From Candidatus Bathyarchaeota archaeon (GTDB lineage: Archaea > Thermoproteota > Bathyarchaeia > Bathyarchaeales > Bathycorpusculaceae), in the NCBI GenBank assembly GCA_963811105.1, contig CAWEPZ010000002.1, positions 1 to 64,000 of the forward strand: a DNA stretch of 64,000 nt, read 5' to 3'. The notes under the pieces are model-generated. The model saw nothing but the letters and a program-made list of their open reading frames with translations, was not told the DNA's origin and did no database searches. Of the stretch, positions 50,047 to 58,870 are shown one piece after another. Made by a program: the position numbers and the translations under genes. Numbering within the stretch: the first letter of the stretch is position 1; every line of letters starts with the position of its first letter.

Positions 50047-50973
50047 CTATAGGTCTTTTATATTATCAAAGACTTCCTCTCGTAAGTGATACCTTTTATT
50101 ACTTGAATCTGAAAGTAAGCTTTTCATAAGTTTTGGATGATCTTCCCAGTCAACTGTTCCTAGAGCGTCGGGATAGTGAAAACCCAACTCTTTTCTGCGT
50201 ATCTCGGCTGCTTTTTTCCAAAATAGTACAGGCTCATCTATATGCTTGTTGAGAATCCACATGTCTTTTCTCAGCTCCTGAAGACCAAACATTTCTGCGT
50301 GTTTCTCACACTTCTCCAAATAATCGATTGGAAAAAGAGACCAATACCTGAAAATGGGCTTAGGAAGATAAACAGCCCTCGAAAGGGAATTTACACAAGA
50401 ATTGGCATAACTCCATTCAACGCCTTTGTTAATGTACTGTCTGAGCCTTTTTGGATGCCACAACCCCTTAATCGCTTGTGAATTTGTAAATGATCCGCTT
50501 AAACCAAGCGTCCACGCGTCACCAACAGCTATAATTTCTTTTAAGTTCTTGGCAAACCTTAAACGAAAATCTTCATAGAATTTGTTGTCTTTTACAAAGT
50601 GGAAAAAAGGCAAACTGTAAGAGTAAACGTCGGGGCATATCTCGGATAATGCTTTAATAAATTCTATGCTTCTTTCATGGACAATTTCGTTTGCTTGGAT
50701 AGAAAAAATATAATCATAGCTGCATTTTGCTCTAATATTGTTAGTTACCTCTGCTATAACACTATATTTTTTGATTTTAGGCCATTCTTGTCTGAAGAGC
50801 TTAACTTTTTTGTTTAATTTTGAAATTCTTTCTACGACTTCAAAAGTGCCATCTGTTGAGTACCCTTCAGAAATTAGGAATTCATCGCATATCGGTAAAC
50901 TGGCGGCTATTGCTTCCAAGAATGGGTACCCAGTTTTCAGGACGTTTTTCAGCACCATAAAACAGGAGATCAT
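50047..50973 (-). CDS. GT2-like glycosyltransferase
   Basis: YPFLEAI..LPICDE, GYSTDGT and IQANE motifs. Confidence 0.75.
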   Translation of the reverse strand: MISCFMVLKNVLKTGYPFLEAIAASLPICDEFLISEGYSTDGTFEVVERISKLNKKVKLFRQEWPKIKKYSVIAEVTNNIRAKCSYDYIFSIQANEIVHERSIEFIKALSEICPDVYSYSLPFFHFVKDNKFYEDFRLRFAKNLKEIIAVGDAWTLGLSGSFTNSQAIKGLWHPKRLRQYINKGVEWSYANSCVNSLSRAVYLPKPIFRYWSLFPIDYLEKCEKHAEMFGLQELRKDMWILNKHIDEPVLFWKKAAEIRRKELGFHYPDALGTVDWEDHPKLMKSLLSDSSNKRYHLREEVFDNIKDL

Positions 50974-51068
50974 GAATTTTCACTGAAAAAGGTTCAAAGC
51001 CGCTACTTATTAATTTACTTGTAGGTATAATCGTTGTTACAAAGGTTATACATTTCAATTTGTAATTT

Positions 51069-51098
51069 AGGCAATTAAATGAGAGGCAATTAAATGAG
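51069..51098 (+). repeat. Perfect 15-bp tandem duplication
   Basis: AGGCAATTAAATGAG x2. Confidence 0.9.
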
Positions 51099-51144
51099 AC
51101 TCGGAACAACGCTAAATTATGAAAGTCAAGTTGTATGATGTCTT

Positions 51145-51414
51145 TCAAAGTAGTAGGTCGGCAAGTAAATTATTGAGTTCTTGCCTACTCTTTACGCTTC
51201 GGAAAATCGCTTTCCCACTTGTATAGAGGCGGAAGGATGTGTCTTCGAAAGTTAATTCAAAAATTATGCCTGCAATCTTATTCTTAATTTGTGCTTTTTT
51301 TAAGATGTTTGTTATGGCCTCGTCTTTCTTATCATACTTGAAAAACACTATGACGTCTTTTTCTGCTCCGCATGTTCCTTCAATTCTGGCAACATAATCT
51401 TCAACTGAAGACAT
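51145..51414 (-). CDS. Small protein with one Cys (GTCG); TBP-fold / MoeB-C-terminal-like
   Basis: ATG overlaps the sufS stop; FRLYTSGKAIFRSVKS resembles the TBP-domain strand-turn-strand. Confidence 0.6.
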   Translation of the reverse strand: MSSVEDYVARIEGTCGAEKDVIVFFKYDKKDEAITNILKKAQIKNKIAGIIFELTFEDTSFRLYTSGKAIFRSVKSRQELNNLLADLLL

Positions 51415-52646
51415 TAGAGCGTTTCAATCTCCTTAAGAACCTCAACGAAACGCTCAATTTCTTCTTTTGTGTTATAAATGTAGAAGCTTGCTCGGTCAGA
51501 GGATTGGAGCTTGAGTACTTGTTGGTGGAGAGGCTGTGCACAATGGTAACCACTGCGTATCATTATACCGTAGTTATCGCAAATGAGTGCAACATCGTGT
51601 GATGACAAGCCTTTAAAAGTGAAGGGTACTATGCCGCATTTTTTAGAGAGGTCACTTGGTCCATAAAGGATTATATTGCTGCATTCCTGCATCCGCTTAA
51701 CTGCGTACATAGTTAACTCTTTTTCATGGCTGAAAACTTCTTCCATACCTAGAGCTTCAAGATACTTGACAGCTTCAGCTAAGCCAATGGCACCCTCCAT
51801 GTTAGGTGTGCCTGCTTCAAACTTCCACGGCGGCTCGTTCCACATTATGCTGCAACTTTTGCCAATGCTGAACTCAACTTCTCTAATCATTTCGCCTCCA
51901 CCTTGGAAAGGCGGCATTTCATCAAGCAGTTCTCGTCTGCAATACAGCCCCCCGATTCCTGTAGGACCCAACATTTTATGGCCCGAAAAAGCAAGAAAGT
52001 CTGCGTCTAGATCCTGAACATCGATAGCCATATGTGGCACGGATTGTGCTCCGTCAACAAGCATTAAAGCACCATTGTCATGAGCAACTTTGCCGATACG
52101 TTTAACATCATTAATTACGCCTGTAACGTTTGACACATGGCTTAAACAGGCAATCTTTGTTTTGTTGCAAAATTTGCTTTCAAAATCGTCATAATTCAAT
52201 GTGCCGTCGGCATTTACTTTAGTATATTGAATGGTGAAGCCCTTTAGTTTTGAGGTGATTTCCCAAGGAACAATGTTGCTGTGATGCTCCATTAGTGAAA
52301 CCAGAACCTCATCACCTTTGGCTAGGTTTTTTAGTCCCCAAGAATAAGCCACTAAGTTTATGGCTTCAGTTGTTCCTCTTACAAAAACCAGTTCGGAGGG
52401 ATCTTTTGCATTGACGAATTTTGCGATTTTTTCCCTTGATTTCTCATAGATGTCAGTTGCTTCAAGCGATAAGGTGTGGACTGCTCGGTGAACGTTGCCG
52501 TTGTGGTTTTCGTAAAAATCGCTTATGGCATCGATTACTTGGCGGGGTTTCTGTGTGGTTGCCGCATTGTCAAAGTAGATTAGGGGGTAGTTGTTTATTT
52601 GCCGTTTCAGTATTGGAAAGTCTTGCCTTATCGATTGTACGTCCAC
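51414..52646 (-). CDS. sufS: Cysteine desulfurase, group II (SufS)
   Basis: DNAATTQKP, EHHSN, DGAQS, SGHKMLGPTG, RSGYHCAQP and RASFY motifs. Confidence 0.95.
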   Translation of the reverse strand: MDVQSIRQDFPILKRQINNYPLIYFDNAATTQKPRQVIDAISDFYENHNGNVHRAVHTLSLEATDIYEKSREKIAKFVNAKDPSELVFVRGTTEAINLVAYSWGLKNLAKGDEVLVSLMEHHSNIVPWEITSKLKGFTIQYTKVNADGTLNYDDFESKFCNKTKIACLSHVSNVTGVINDVKRIGKVAHDNGALMLVDGAQSVPHMAIDVQDLDADFLAFSGHKMLGPTGIGGLYCRRELLDEMPPFQGGGEMIREVEFSIGKSCSIMWNEPPWKFEAGTPNMEGAIGLAEAVKYLEALGMEEVFSHEKELTMYAVKRMQECSNIILYGPSDLSKKCGIVPFTFKGLSSHDVALICDNYGIMIRSGYHCAQPLHQQVLKLQSSDRASFYIYNTKEEIERFVEVLKEIETL

Positions 52647-52648
52647 GA

Positions 52649-53167
52649 TTATTTCTCTGCCTTTTTCTCATCCTCTATCTTCAGTCTCTTAGAAAGTGTC
52701 TTCGCTAGTTCTTCTTCTTCCAGCGCCTGTTTTTCTTCGAAAGTGTGGTCTGCTGGCATCCAACTGGGTGCAGCGACACCTTTTTCCTTAAAGTACTGTC
52801 GTATTGCACGTTTCAAGGCGCCTACGGCTAGGACTCCGCAGTGGAATTTGACGCTTGGTAAGCCGCCGATTTCTTCAGTTACTTTTTTCCAAGTTATGTC
52901 AATCCAAGCTTGTTCAAGGCTTAAGCCTTTAATCATTTCAGTAACTATGCTGGATGTTGCAATGTTTGCTGCGCAGCCGTAGCTTTCAAAACTTGCCTTT
53001 TCAATGATGTCTTGAGGCGTTATTTTTAAGTAGAAGGTTATCATGTCTCCGCAAGCTGGGTTTCCTGCTACTGCTACTACGGTGGCATCATCCATTTTTC
53101 CAAGGTTTTTTGGGTTTCTAAATAAATCCATGACTTTTGGGTTGTATGGTAAAGGTATACGTGACAT
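52649..53167 (-). CDS. iscU: IscU/NifU-N Fe-S scaffold with charged C-terminal extension
   Basis: NPKNLG, GNPACGD, GCAANIA and LPSVKFHC motifs; likely ATG at 53167. Confidence 0.92.
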   Translation of the reverse strand: MSRIPLPYNPKVMDLFRNPKNLGKMDDATVVAVAGNPACGDMITFYLKITPQDIIEKASFESYGCAANIATSSIVTEMIKGLSLEQAWIDITWKKVTEEIGGLPSVKFHCGVLAVGALKRAIRQYFKEKGVAAPSWMPADHTFEEKQALEEEELAKTLSKRLKIEDEKKAEK

Positions 53168-53168
53168 A

Positions 53169-54392
53169 CTAATGCACTCCTGTTGAGCCAACTATCCCTC
53201 TTATACGATTGACAGCTGTAGGTAAAACTTCTAAAACGTAAGTTATATCCTCTTCTGTTTGATTGCGAGTGACTTTCATGAGGATACTGCCGTGTGCTTC
53301 TTCGAAAATGCGTCCGATTGCGATGAGAACGTGACTGGGTTGAAGTAGTCTGCGGCTGCATGCGCTTCCGCTGGAGACATACACTCCTGTGAGGCTGAGT
53401 TCAATGGTTAAGGCTTCGCCTTCCGCTCGTAGAATGCTGATGTTGGCGTTGTCCGGTGACCGTTTGCCCTCTTTCGGGCCGTTAAAACGTAGGTCATCTA
53501 GTTCGTCAAATATTCCGTCAACAAGCTTATCACGCAGCATACGCATTTTAGCTGTGTTTGCCTCAAAGTTTTGGAATGCAAGCTCCGAAGCCTTAGTGAA
53601 ACCAACAATTAACGGGGTGTTTTCCACCCCTGGCCAAAGCTTCTGTGTGCCAATTTGCCCTTCAAGAATGCGCTCCATGTTTATGCCATCACGCATGTAC
53701 AGTGCACCCATTCCTCGTGGACCTTGAATTTTGTAGCTGCTAACTGTGGCTAAATCAACATTTAGGTTTTGAACGTTAAATGGGATTCTACCGTAGGCGT
53801 CTGATGCATCACTGTGAAAGAGTGCTCGCGGGTTTATGTCTTTTACAATATCTACCGCTTCTTTAATAGGCTGTATTGTGCCAATCTCGTTGTTTACGGC
53901 TGAAATGCTAACAAGTATGGTTTCGTTGTCAACGGCTTCTTTGAGTTTTTCAAGGTTGATGAATCCTTCATGGTTTACTGGGATTTTTATTGTTGAGAAG
54001 CCGAATTTTTGCATCATCTCAGCCACTTGCAAGACGTTGATTGGTTCAATTTCTGATATGATGATTTTTTTGCCTTTGTTTTTCTGCGCAAAGCATGTTC
54101 CCATGATCGCTAGATTGTTAGCTTCTGTTTCTCCTGGTGTAAATGTGATTTCTTCTAAGATTTTTGCGCCTATGTCATTGCTAATTTTTTGGAAGCAGTT
54201 CATTATAACTTCGAAGGCTTCCCAGCCTGGTTTATGTGTAAGTGTTGGGTTGCCGTAGGCTCTCTTGTTAAAGTAAGGAAGCATTGCGTCAACGATTTCT
54301 TGGGGAACAATGCTTGAGTTTTCGTTGTCCAAGTAAACTTCATGTCTTATGCCTTCATGCAGTTTGAGAAGTTCCTTTACGTTTTCAACCAT
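53169..54392 (-). CDS. IscS/NifS-like (group I) protein with degenerate PLP/substrate site
   Basis: Keeps GNP, NNEIG, Lys in SSYK and SSGSAC; has EPIN, DASD, WPGV and SILM where IscS has EHKA, DATQ, RSGT and SIRF. Confidence 0.85.
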   Translation of the reverse strand: MVENVKELLKLHEGIRHEVYLDNENSSIVPQEIVDAMLPYFNKRAYGNPTLTHKPGWEAFEVIMNCFQKISNDIGAKILEEITFTPGETEANNLAIMGTCFAQKNKGKKIIISEIEPINVLQVAEMMQKFGFSTIKIPVNHEGFINLEKLKEAVDNETILVSISAVNNEIGTIQPIKEAVDIVKDINPRALFHSDASDAYGRIPFNVQNLNVDLATVSSYKIQGPRGMGALYMRDGINMERILEGQIGTQKLWPGVENTPLIVGFTKASELAFQNFEANTAKMRMLRDKLVDGIFDELDDLRFNGPKEGKRSPDNANISILRAEGEALTIELSLTGVYVSSGSACSRRLLQPSHVLIAIGRIFEEAHGSILMKVTRNQTEEDITYVLEVLPTAVNRIRGIVGSTGVH

Positions 54393-54499
54393 ATAGTATA
54401 CTACCTGTGAGAGAGATTAGATAACTCGTCACTCTGATAGTGCGACTTCAACTAAAAAAACCTAACCTAACCAGAGCATTGGCAGCCGTGGCAGAGATT

Positions 54500-55003
54500 T
54501 CAGGGACCCCCAGGGGTGTGTGGTGATATTTGCGGGTGGTCGTAGTAGAAAGGTGTTATTGTGCAGTTATCGATTTGAGAGCCAGTATGATTTAGCTTGA
54601 AGTCGAGCCCAAGCGTTATATGTCCTGTCATTCCGCCAAATTCATAATTGCTGTCCACAGCGAGTCCTTCCTTATTATAGGCTATTATGTGCAAATACGC
54701 ATTATACGCGGTGCCTCCACCTGTGTTGTTTAAGCGGCCACTAATGTGAAGTCTGTAGGGCAACAAGACTCTTTCATCTGTTGCATTCAAGCCAGCTGTA
54801 ATAATATTTGGTTTGCTACTGTCTGGGTTAGTTGTGTTAGTTGGCTGGAGAATTGGTACAGAAGAACCAGCATATTGTGATCTATCAGTTTGATGACTGC
54901 CTGTTTGTGAATTATGTTCAAAGTACATGATATAATTGTCATAAAAGAAAGAAGCGATAAGAACAGATGAACATGCAATGAGGGTGAGGCATACGCCAAT
55001 CAC
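54500..55003 (-). CDS. Accessory membrane-anchored Ig-like hypothetical protein
   Basis: N-terminal hydrophobic helix; 'ISGRLNNTGGGTAYN' beta-sandwich-like motif; last codons coincide with the CACCACAC motif. Confidence 0.6.
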   Translation of the reverse strand: MIGVCLTLIACSSVLIASFFYDNYIMYFEHNSQTGSHQTDRSQYAGSSVPILQPTNTTNPDSSKPNIITAGLNATDERVLLPYRLHISGRLNNTGGGTAYNAYLHIIAYNKEGLAVDSNYEFGGMTGHITLGLDFKLNHTGSQIDNCTITPFYYDHPQISPHTPGGP

Positions 55004-55214
55004 TGCAATAATTAGTCTAGTGCCTATTATTAGTGCCTCCGCACTTAATTAGGAGCCGTATTGATAAGAAACTTGCCTTGCCCTCATAAAAAACAATACT
55101 GCTCGCTCGTTCATCTAATCCTAAGCAGGCAGAAAGCACATAGTAGACTAAAAAACTCTAATAACCCATGCAAACCCATACTACCATCACCCACAAAATT
55201 ATCGGGAATCCACA

Positions 55215-57446
55215 TTGAAAATTGGAGAATTGACTGTTCCAGAATCAGTCAAAGAAGTCTTGCAGGGCATGGAAATATTAGAATTGTTTCCGCCTCAGGA
55301 AGATTGCATACGAGCAGGAGTGCTGGAAGGACAAAATATTGTTTTAGCCAGCCCCACCGCTTCAGGCAAAACCTTGATTGCAGAGCTCTGCGGTCTCAAA
55401 CATGTCCTGGAAAAAAACGGCAAAGTAATTTATCTTGCTCCGTTGAGGGCGTTAGCAAGCGAAAAATTTGAAGACTTCAAAAAATACGCTTCCATACGTA
55501 AGCAGGATGGCAGAAAAGTTTCAGTCGGAATCAGCACAGGCGACTTTGACACAGCGGACAATTGGCTTGAACGATACGACATAATAGTTAGCACTAATGA
55601 GAAAGCTGATTCGTTGCTGCGGCACCGAGCTAAATGGATGGATAACATCTCGCTGGTTGTAGCAGATGAGGTTCATCTTCTAAATGATGCAGGGCGAGGT
55701 CCAACCCTTGAAGTAGTCTTGGCTAGGCTAATGCAGGTTAATCCAGACATTCAAGTTTTAGCATTAAGCGCCACTATAGGCAATGTAGATGAAATCGCTG
55801 GATGGCTAAACGCCAAATACATTGTTACTGAATGGCGCCCTGTCTCGCTTAAGGAAGGAGTTGTCATAAACGATGAAATCCAATACAAGGATGGCGACGC
55901 AAGACGAGTAGAAAAGAAAACCCGGTACCCCGCCGTAAACCTAGTTTTAAACACCATAAAAACTGGGGGACAAGCACTCGTGTTTGCTTCAACAAGGAAA
56001 AACGCGGTTTCAGCGGCAAAAACAATTGCTCAACATACAGGGGAAGTCTTATCTAAACCAATGAAGCGAACGCTGGAGCATGAAGCAGAAAAAATCTTCT
56101 CCGCAGGCGAACGAACGCAACTTAGCGAAACCCTTGCGGAGCTTGTACGGTGCGGTACAGCTTTTCACCATGCAGGTTTAGCGGGCCCTCATCGCAAGAT
56201 TGTTGAGGATGCGTTTAAGGATGGAAAAATCAAGGTTTTAACCGCTACCCCCACGCTTGCGTTTGGAGTTAACCTTCCCGCACGCATGGTTATTATTCAG
56301 GATTACAGGCGGTTTGAAGCAGGCTACGGCAATTATCCCATCAGTGTTTTAGAGTATAAACAGATGGCTGGCAGAGCTGGGCGACCCAAATATGACAAAG
56401 TGGGAGAATCAATTCTTATAGCCAAAACCTCAGATGAAGCAGACTATCTGATGGAAGGCTACATTTTGGCTAAGCCTGAACGTATTTGGTCTAGGCTTGC
56501 CGTTGAAAAAATAATCCGCGGCCATGTTTTAGCGACTGTGGCTTCAGATTTCGCTCACTCAGAAACTGGTATTTATGAGTTTTTCGGCAAAACCTTCTAT
56601 GCTTACCAATACGATGTGAAAGCTATCAAGAGCATTATCGCTAAAATCCTCAAGTACCTATACGAAGAGCAAATGCTTGACGTGAAAGGAAACGATATTT
56701 ACGCAACGAAGTTTGGCAAACGCATAAGTGAACTCTACATTGATCCAGAATCGGCAGTTGTTATTCGCGATGCCCTAAAAAATAGACCTGATTTCCTGAC
56801 GGATTTTGGATTGCTTCATTTAATTGCTCATACACCCGACATGGGACCAGTCATGAGACCCTACGCCCGCGAATTCGATCCTTTAGTACTTGCTACAGAG
56901 CAGCATAGAAACGAACTATTTATGGAAATTCCTAACCAATGGGCTGATCACATGTCATTTGAGCAGTTTTTGGGCGAAATCAAAACCGCCATGGTTATGA
57001 AGAGTTGGATTGAAGAGGTAAGTGAAGAAAAACTCATTGAACAGTTTAATGTGCAGCCAGGGGATTTGTACAGGACCATTGAAAATGCTAAGTGGCTGCT
57101 TCATGCTACTGATGAGTTAGCTCAGCTTTTTGGCGGAAAAGAAATTTTGCCTTTCACAGGCGAATTAGTAGAGCGCGTTTCTAAAGGCATAAAGAAAGAA
57201 CTGTTACCAATTGTTCGACTTGAGGGAATTGGCAGAGTCCGTGGTCGCATTATATATAATGCAGGGTATCAAACAATCGATGACATAAAACATGCGTCAA
57301 TTGAGGATTTGACGAATTTGCCGCTAGTAGGTCCAAGGTTAGCAAAGAAAATCAAGGAGCAGGTCGGCGGATTCGTAAAAAAAGATGAGTGGAATAAGCT
57401 TAGCGCTGAGCAGGAGTTTAAGCAGAAGGCGCTTGGAGACTTTTAG
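55215..57446 (+). CDS. hel308: Ski2-like DNA helicase Hel308/Hjm
   Basis: PTASGKT, DEVH, LSAT, HHAGL and QMAGRAGRP motifs; C-terminal HhH. Confidence 0.95.
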   Translation: MKIGELTVPESVKEVLQGMEILELFPPQEDCIRAGVLEGQNIVLASPTASGKTLIAELCGLKHVLEKNGKVIYLAPLRALASEKFEDFKKYASIRKQDGRKVSVGISTGDFDTADNWLERYDIIVSTNEKADSLLRHRAKWMDNISLVVADEVHLLNDAGRGPTLEVVLARLMQVNPDIQVLALSATIGNVDEIAGWLNAKYIVTEWRPVSLKEGVVINDEIQYKDGDARRVEKKTRYPAVNLVLNTIKTGGQALVFASTRKNAVSAAKTIAQHTGEVLSKPMKRTLEHEAEKIFSAGERTQLSETLAELVRCGTAFHHAGLAGPHRKIVEDAFKDGKIKVLTATPTLAFGVNLPARMVIIQDYRRFEAGYGNYPISVLEYKQMAGRAGRPKYDKVGESILIAKTSDEADYLMEGYILAKPERIWSRLAVEKIIRGHVLATVASDFAHSETGIYEFFGKTFYAYQYDVKAIKSIIAKILKYLYEEQMLDVKGNDIYATKFGKRISELYIDPESAVVIRDALKNRPDFLTDFGLLHLIAHTPDMGPVMRPYAREFDPLVLATEQHRNELFMEIPNQWADHMSFEQFLGEIKTAMVMKSWIEEVSEEKLIEQFNVQPGDLYRTIENAKWLLHATDELAQLFGGKEILPFTGELVERVSKGIKKELLPIVRLEGIGRVRGRIIYNAGYQTIDDIKHASIEDLTNLPLVGPRLAKKIKEQVGGFVKKDEWNKLSAEQEFKQKALGDF

Positions 57447-58777
57447 CTTTTCGCGAATTTTTCAGCTTGCTTTACTGCTGTGCCCAAATAATTCCGAGGG
57501 TTTAATGCTGCGTCTATTTCTTTTTCGCTAAGTTTGCTACTCACAAATTTGTCATGGAATAGAACATGCTTGAAGTCCTTCTTTTCCAATGCACTTTGGA
57601 TTGTCAATTTCCTCAGCAACTCGTGTGCTTCCTGTCTATTGACGCCTTTCTTTGTCAACGCCATCATAACTGCTTCAGACATGGCGCGTCCTTGCGTTAC
57701 ATTGAGGTTCTGTAGCATCCGCTCCTTATCCACCCGCAGGTTAGCTACAATATTAACCATCAGACTTAGAATGTAATCTAGCAGAATGTTTGATTCTGGT
57801 AAAATAAAGCGCTCTGCAGAAGACTGGGTTAAGTCTCTTTCATGCCATGTAATCATATCTTCTAATGCTGGGGTGCTTAGGCTTCGGACGATACGTGCTA
57901 AACCGCAGACACGCTCGCACGTTTCAGGATTCTGTTTATGTGGCATCGTTGAGCTGCCCACCTGCTTGCTAGCCTCAAACGCCTCTAAAACCTCGCCGAT
58001 TTCGGGTCTTTGAAGCTCACGTATTTCTGTTGCGAAATTTTCCAGCGAAGAAGCAACCATCCCGTAAATGCATACAAGCTCTGCGTAGCGATCTCTTTGC
58101 ACGATTTGCGTGGAAATCTCAGCTTGGCATAGATCGAGGCGTTTCATCACAATCTCTTGGATCGCCGTTGCATGTTCACCTAAACCCGCCTGGGTACCCA
58201 CTGCACCGCTTACTTTTCCAACTAAAACACGCTTTCTGCAATCGTTTAAGCGTTCAATGTGTCTGTTTACTTCGTAGCCCCAAACCGCAAACTTGAAGCC
58301 TAAAGTAATTGGTAAGGCATGTTGACCATGAGTTCTGCCAATCATCACTGTTTCTTTATACTGGGCTGCCTTCTTCTGCAAGATAACTTTCAAATCAACA
58401 AGTTTCTTTTCAATTATTTCTTCGGCATCTTTTAATTGCAGTGCGTTGGCGGTGTCTACGATGTCATAGCTTGTTGCCCCTAGATGAACGAAAGCGCCGC
58501 TTGAACCACAAACCTCAGAAAGGGCACGGACCAGAGAGGCTATGTCATGTTTTATTTCTTTTTCAATAGCTTTTACACGTTCAACCTTCACGAATTTAAC
58601 GGAGGCCATTGAAAAAATTTTTTCAGCGTCTTTTTTTGGAATGTTGCCTACTTCTGCATGCGCCAAAGCCAAAGCTGCCTCAACATCAAGCAGTTTTTGA
58701 ACTCGATTTTCTTCTTCAAAGATTTTCAGCATTTCTGGCGTTCCATAACGCCCAGTATCAATAGGAGTGATTGGCAA
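57443..58777 (-). CDS. purB: Adenylosuccinate lyase
   Basis: KHD, GATSYD, GRTHGQHA and GSSTMPHKQNP motifs. Confidence 0.96.
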   Translation of the reverse strand: MPITPIDTGRYGTPEMLKIFEEENRVQKLLDVEAALALAHAEVGNIPKKDAEKIFSMASVKFVKVERVKAIEKEIKHDIASLVRALSEVCGSSGAFVHLGATSYDIVDTANALQLKDAEEIIEKKLVDLKVILQKKAAQYKETVMIGRTHGQHALPITLGFKFAVWGYEVNRHIERLNDCRKRVLVGKVSGAVGTQAGLGEHATAIQEIVMKRLDLCQAEISTQIVQRDRYAELVCIYGMVASSLENFATEIRELQRPEIGEVLEAFEASKQVGSSTMPHKQNPETCERVCGLARIVRSLSTPALEDMITWHERDLTQSSAERFILPESNILLDYILSLMVNIVANLRVDKERMLQNLNVTQGRAMSEAVMMALTKKGVNRQEAHELLRKLTIQSALEKKDFKHVLFHDKFVSSKLSEKEIDAALNPRNYLGTAVKQAEKFAKS

Positions 58778-58870
58778 GTTAGTGTTCCCTCAAAGATAGG
58801 GATATACAGATTAAAGATTAATGTTTTACCAATGCTATTGAAGTGTATACATAGGGTTTTGGTGTGACGG

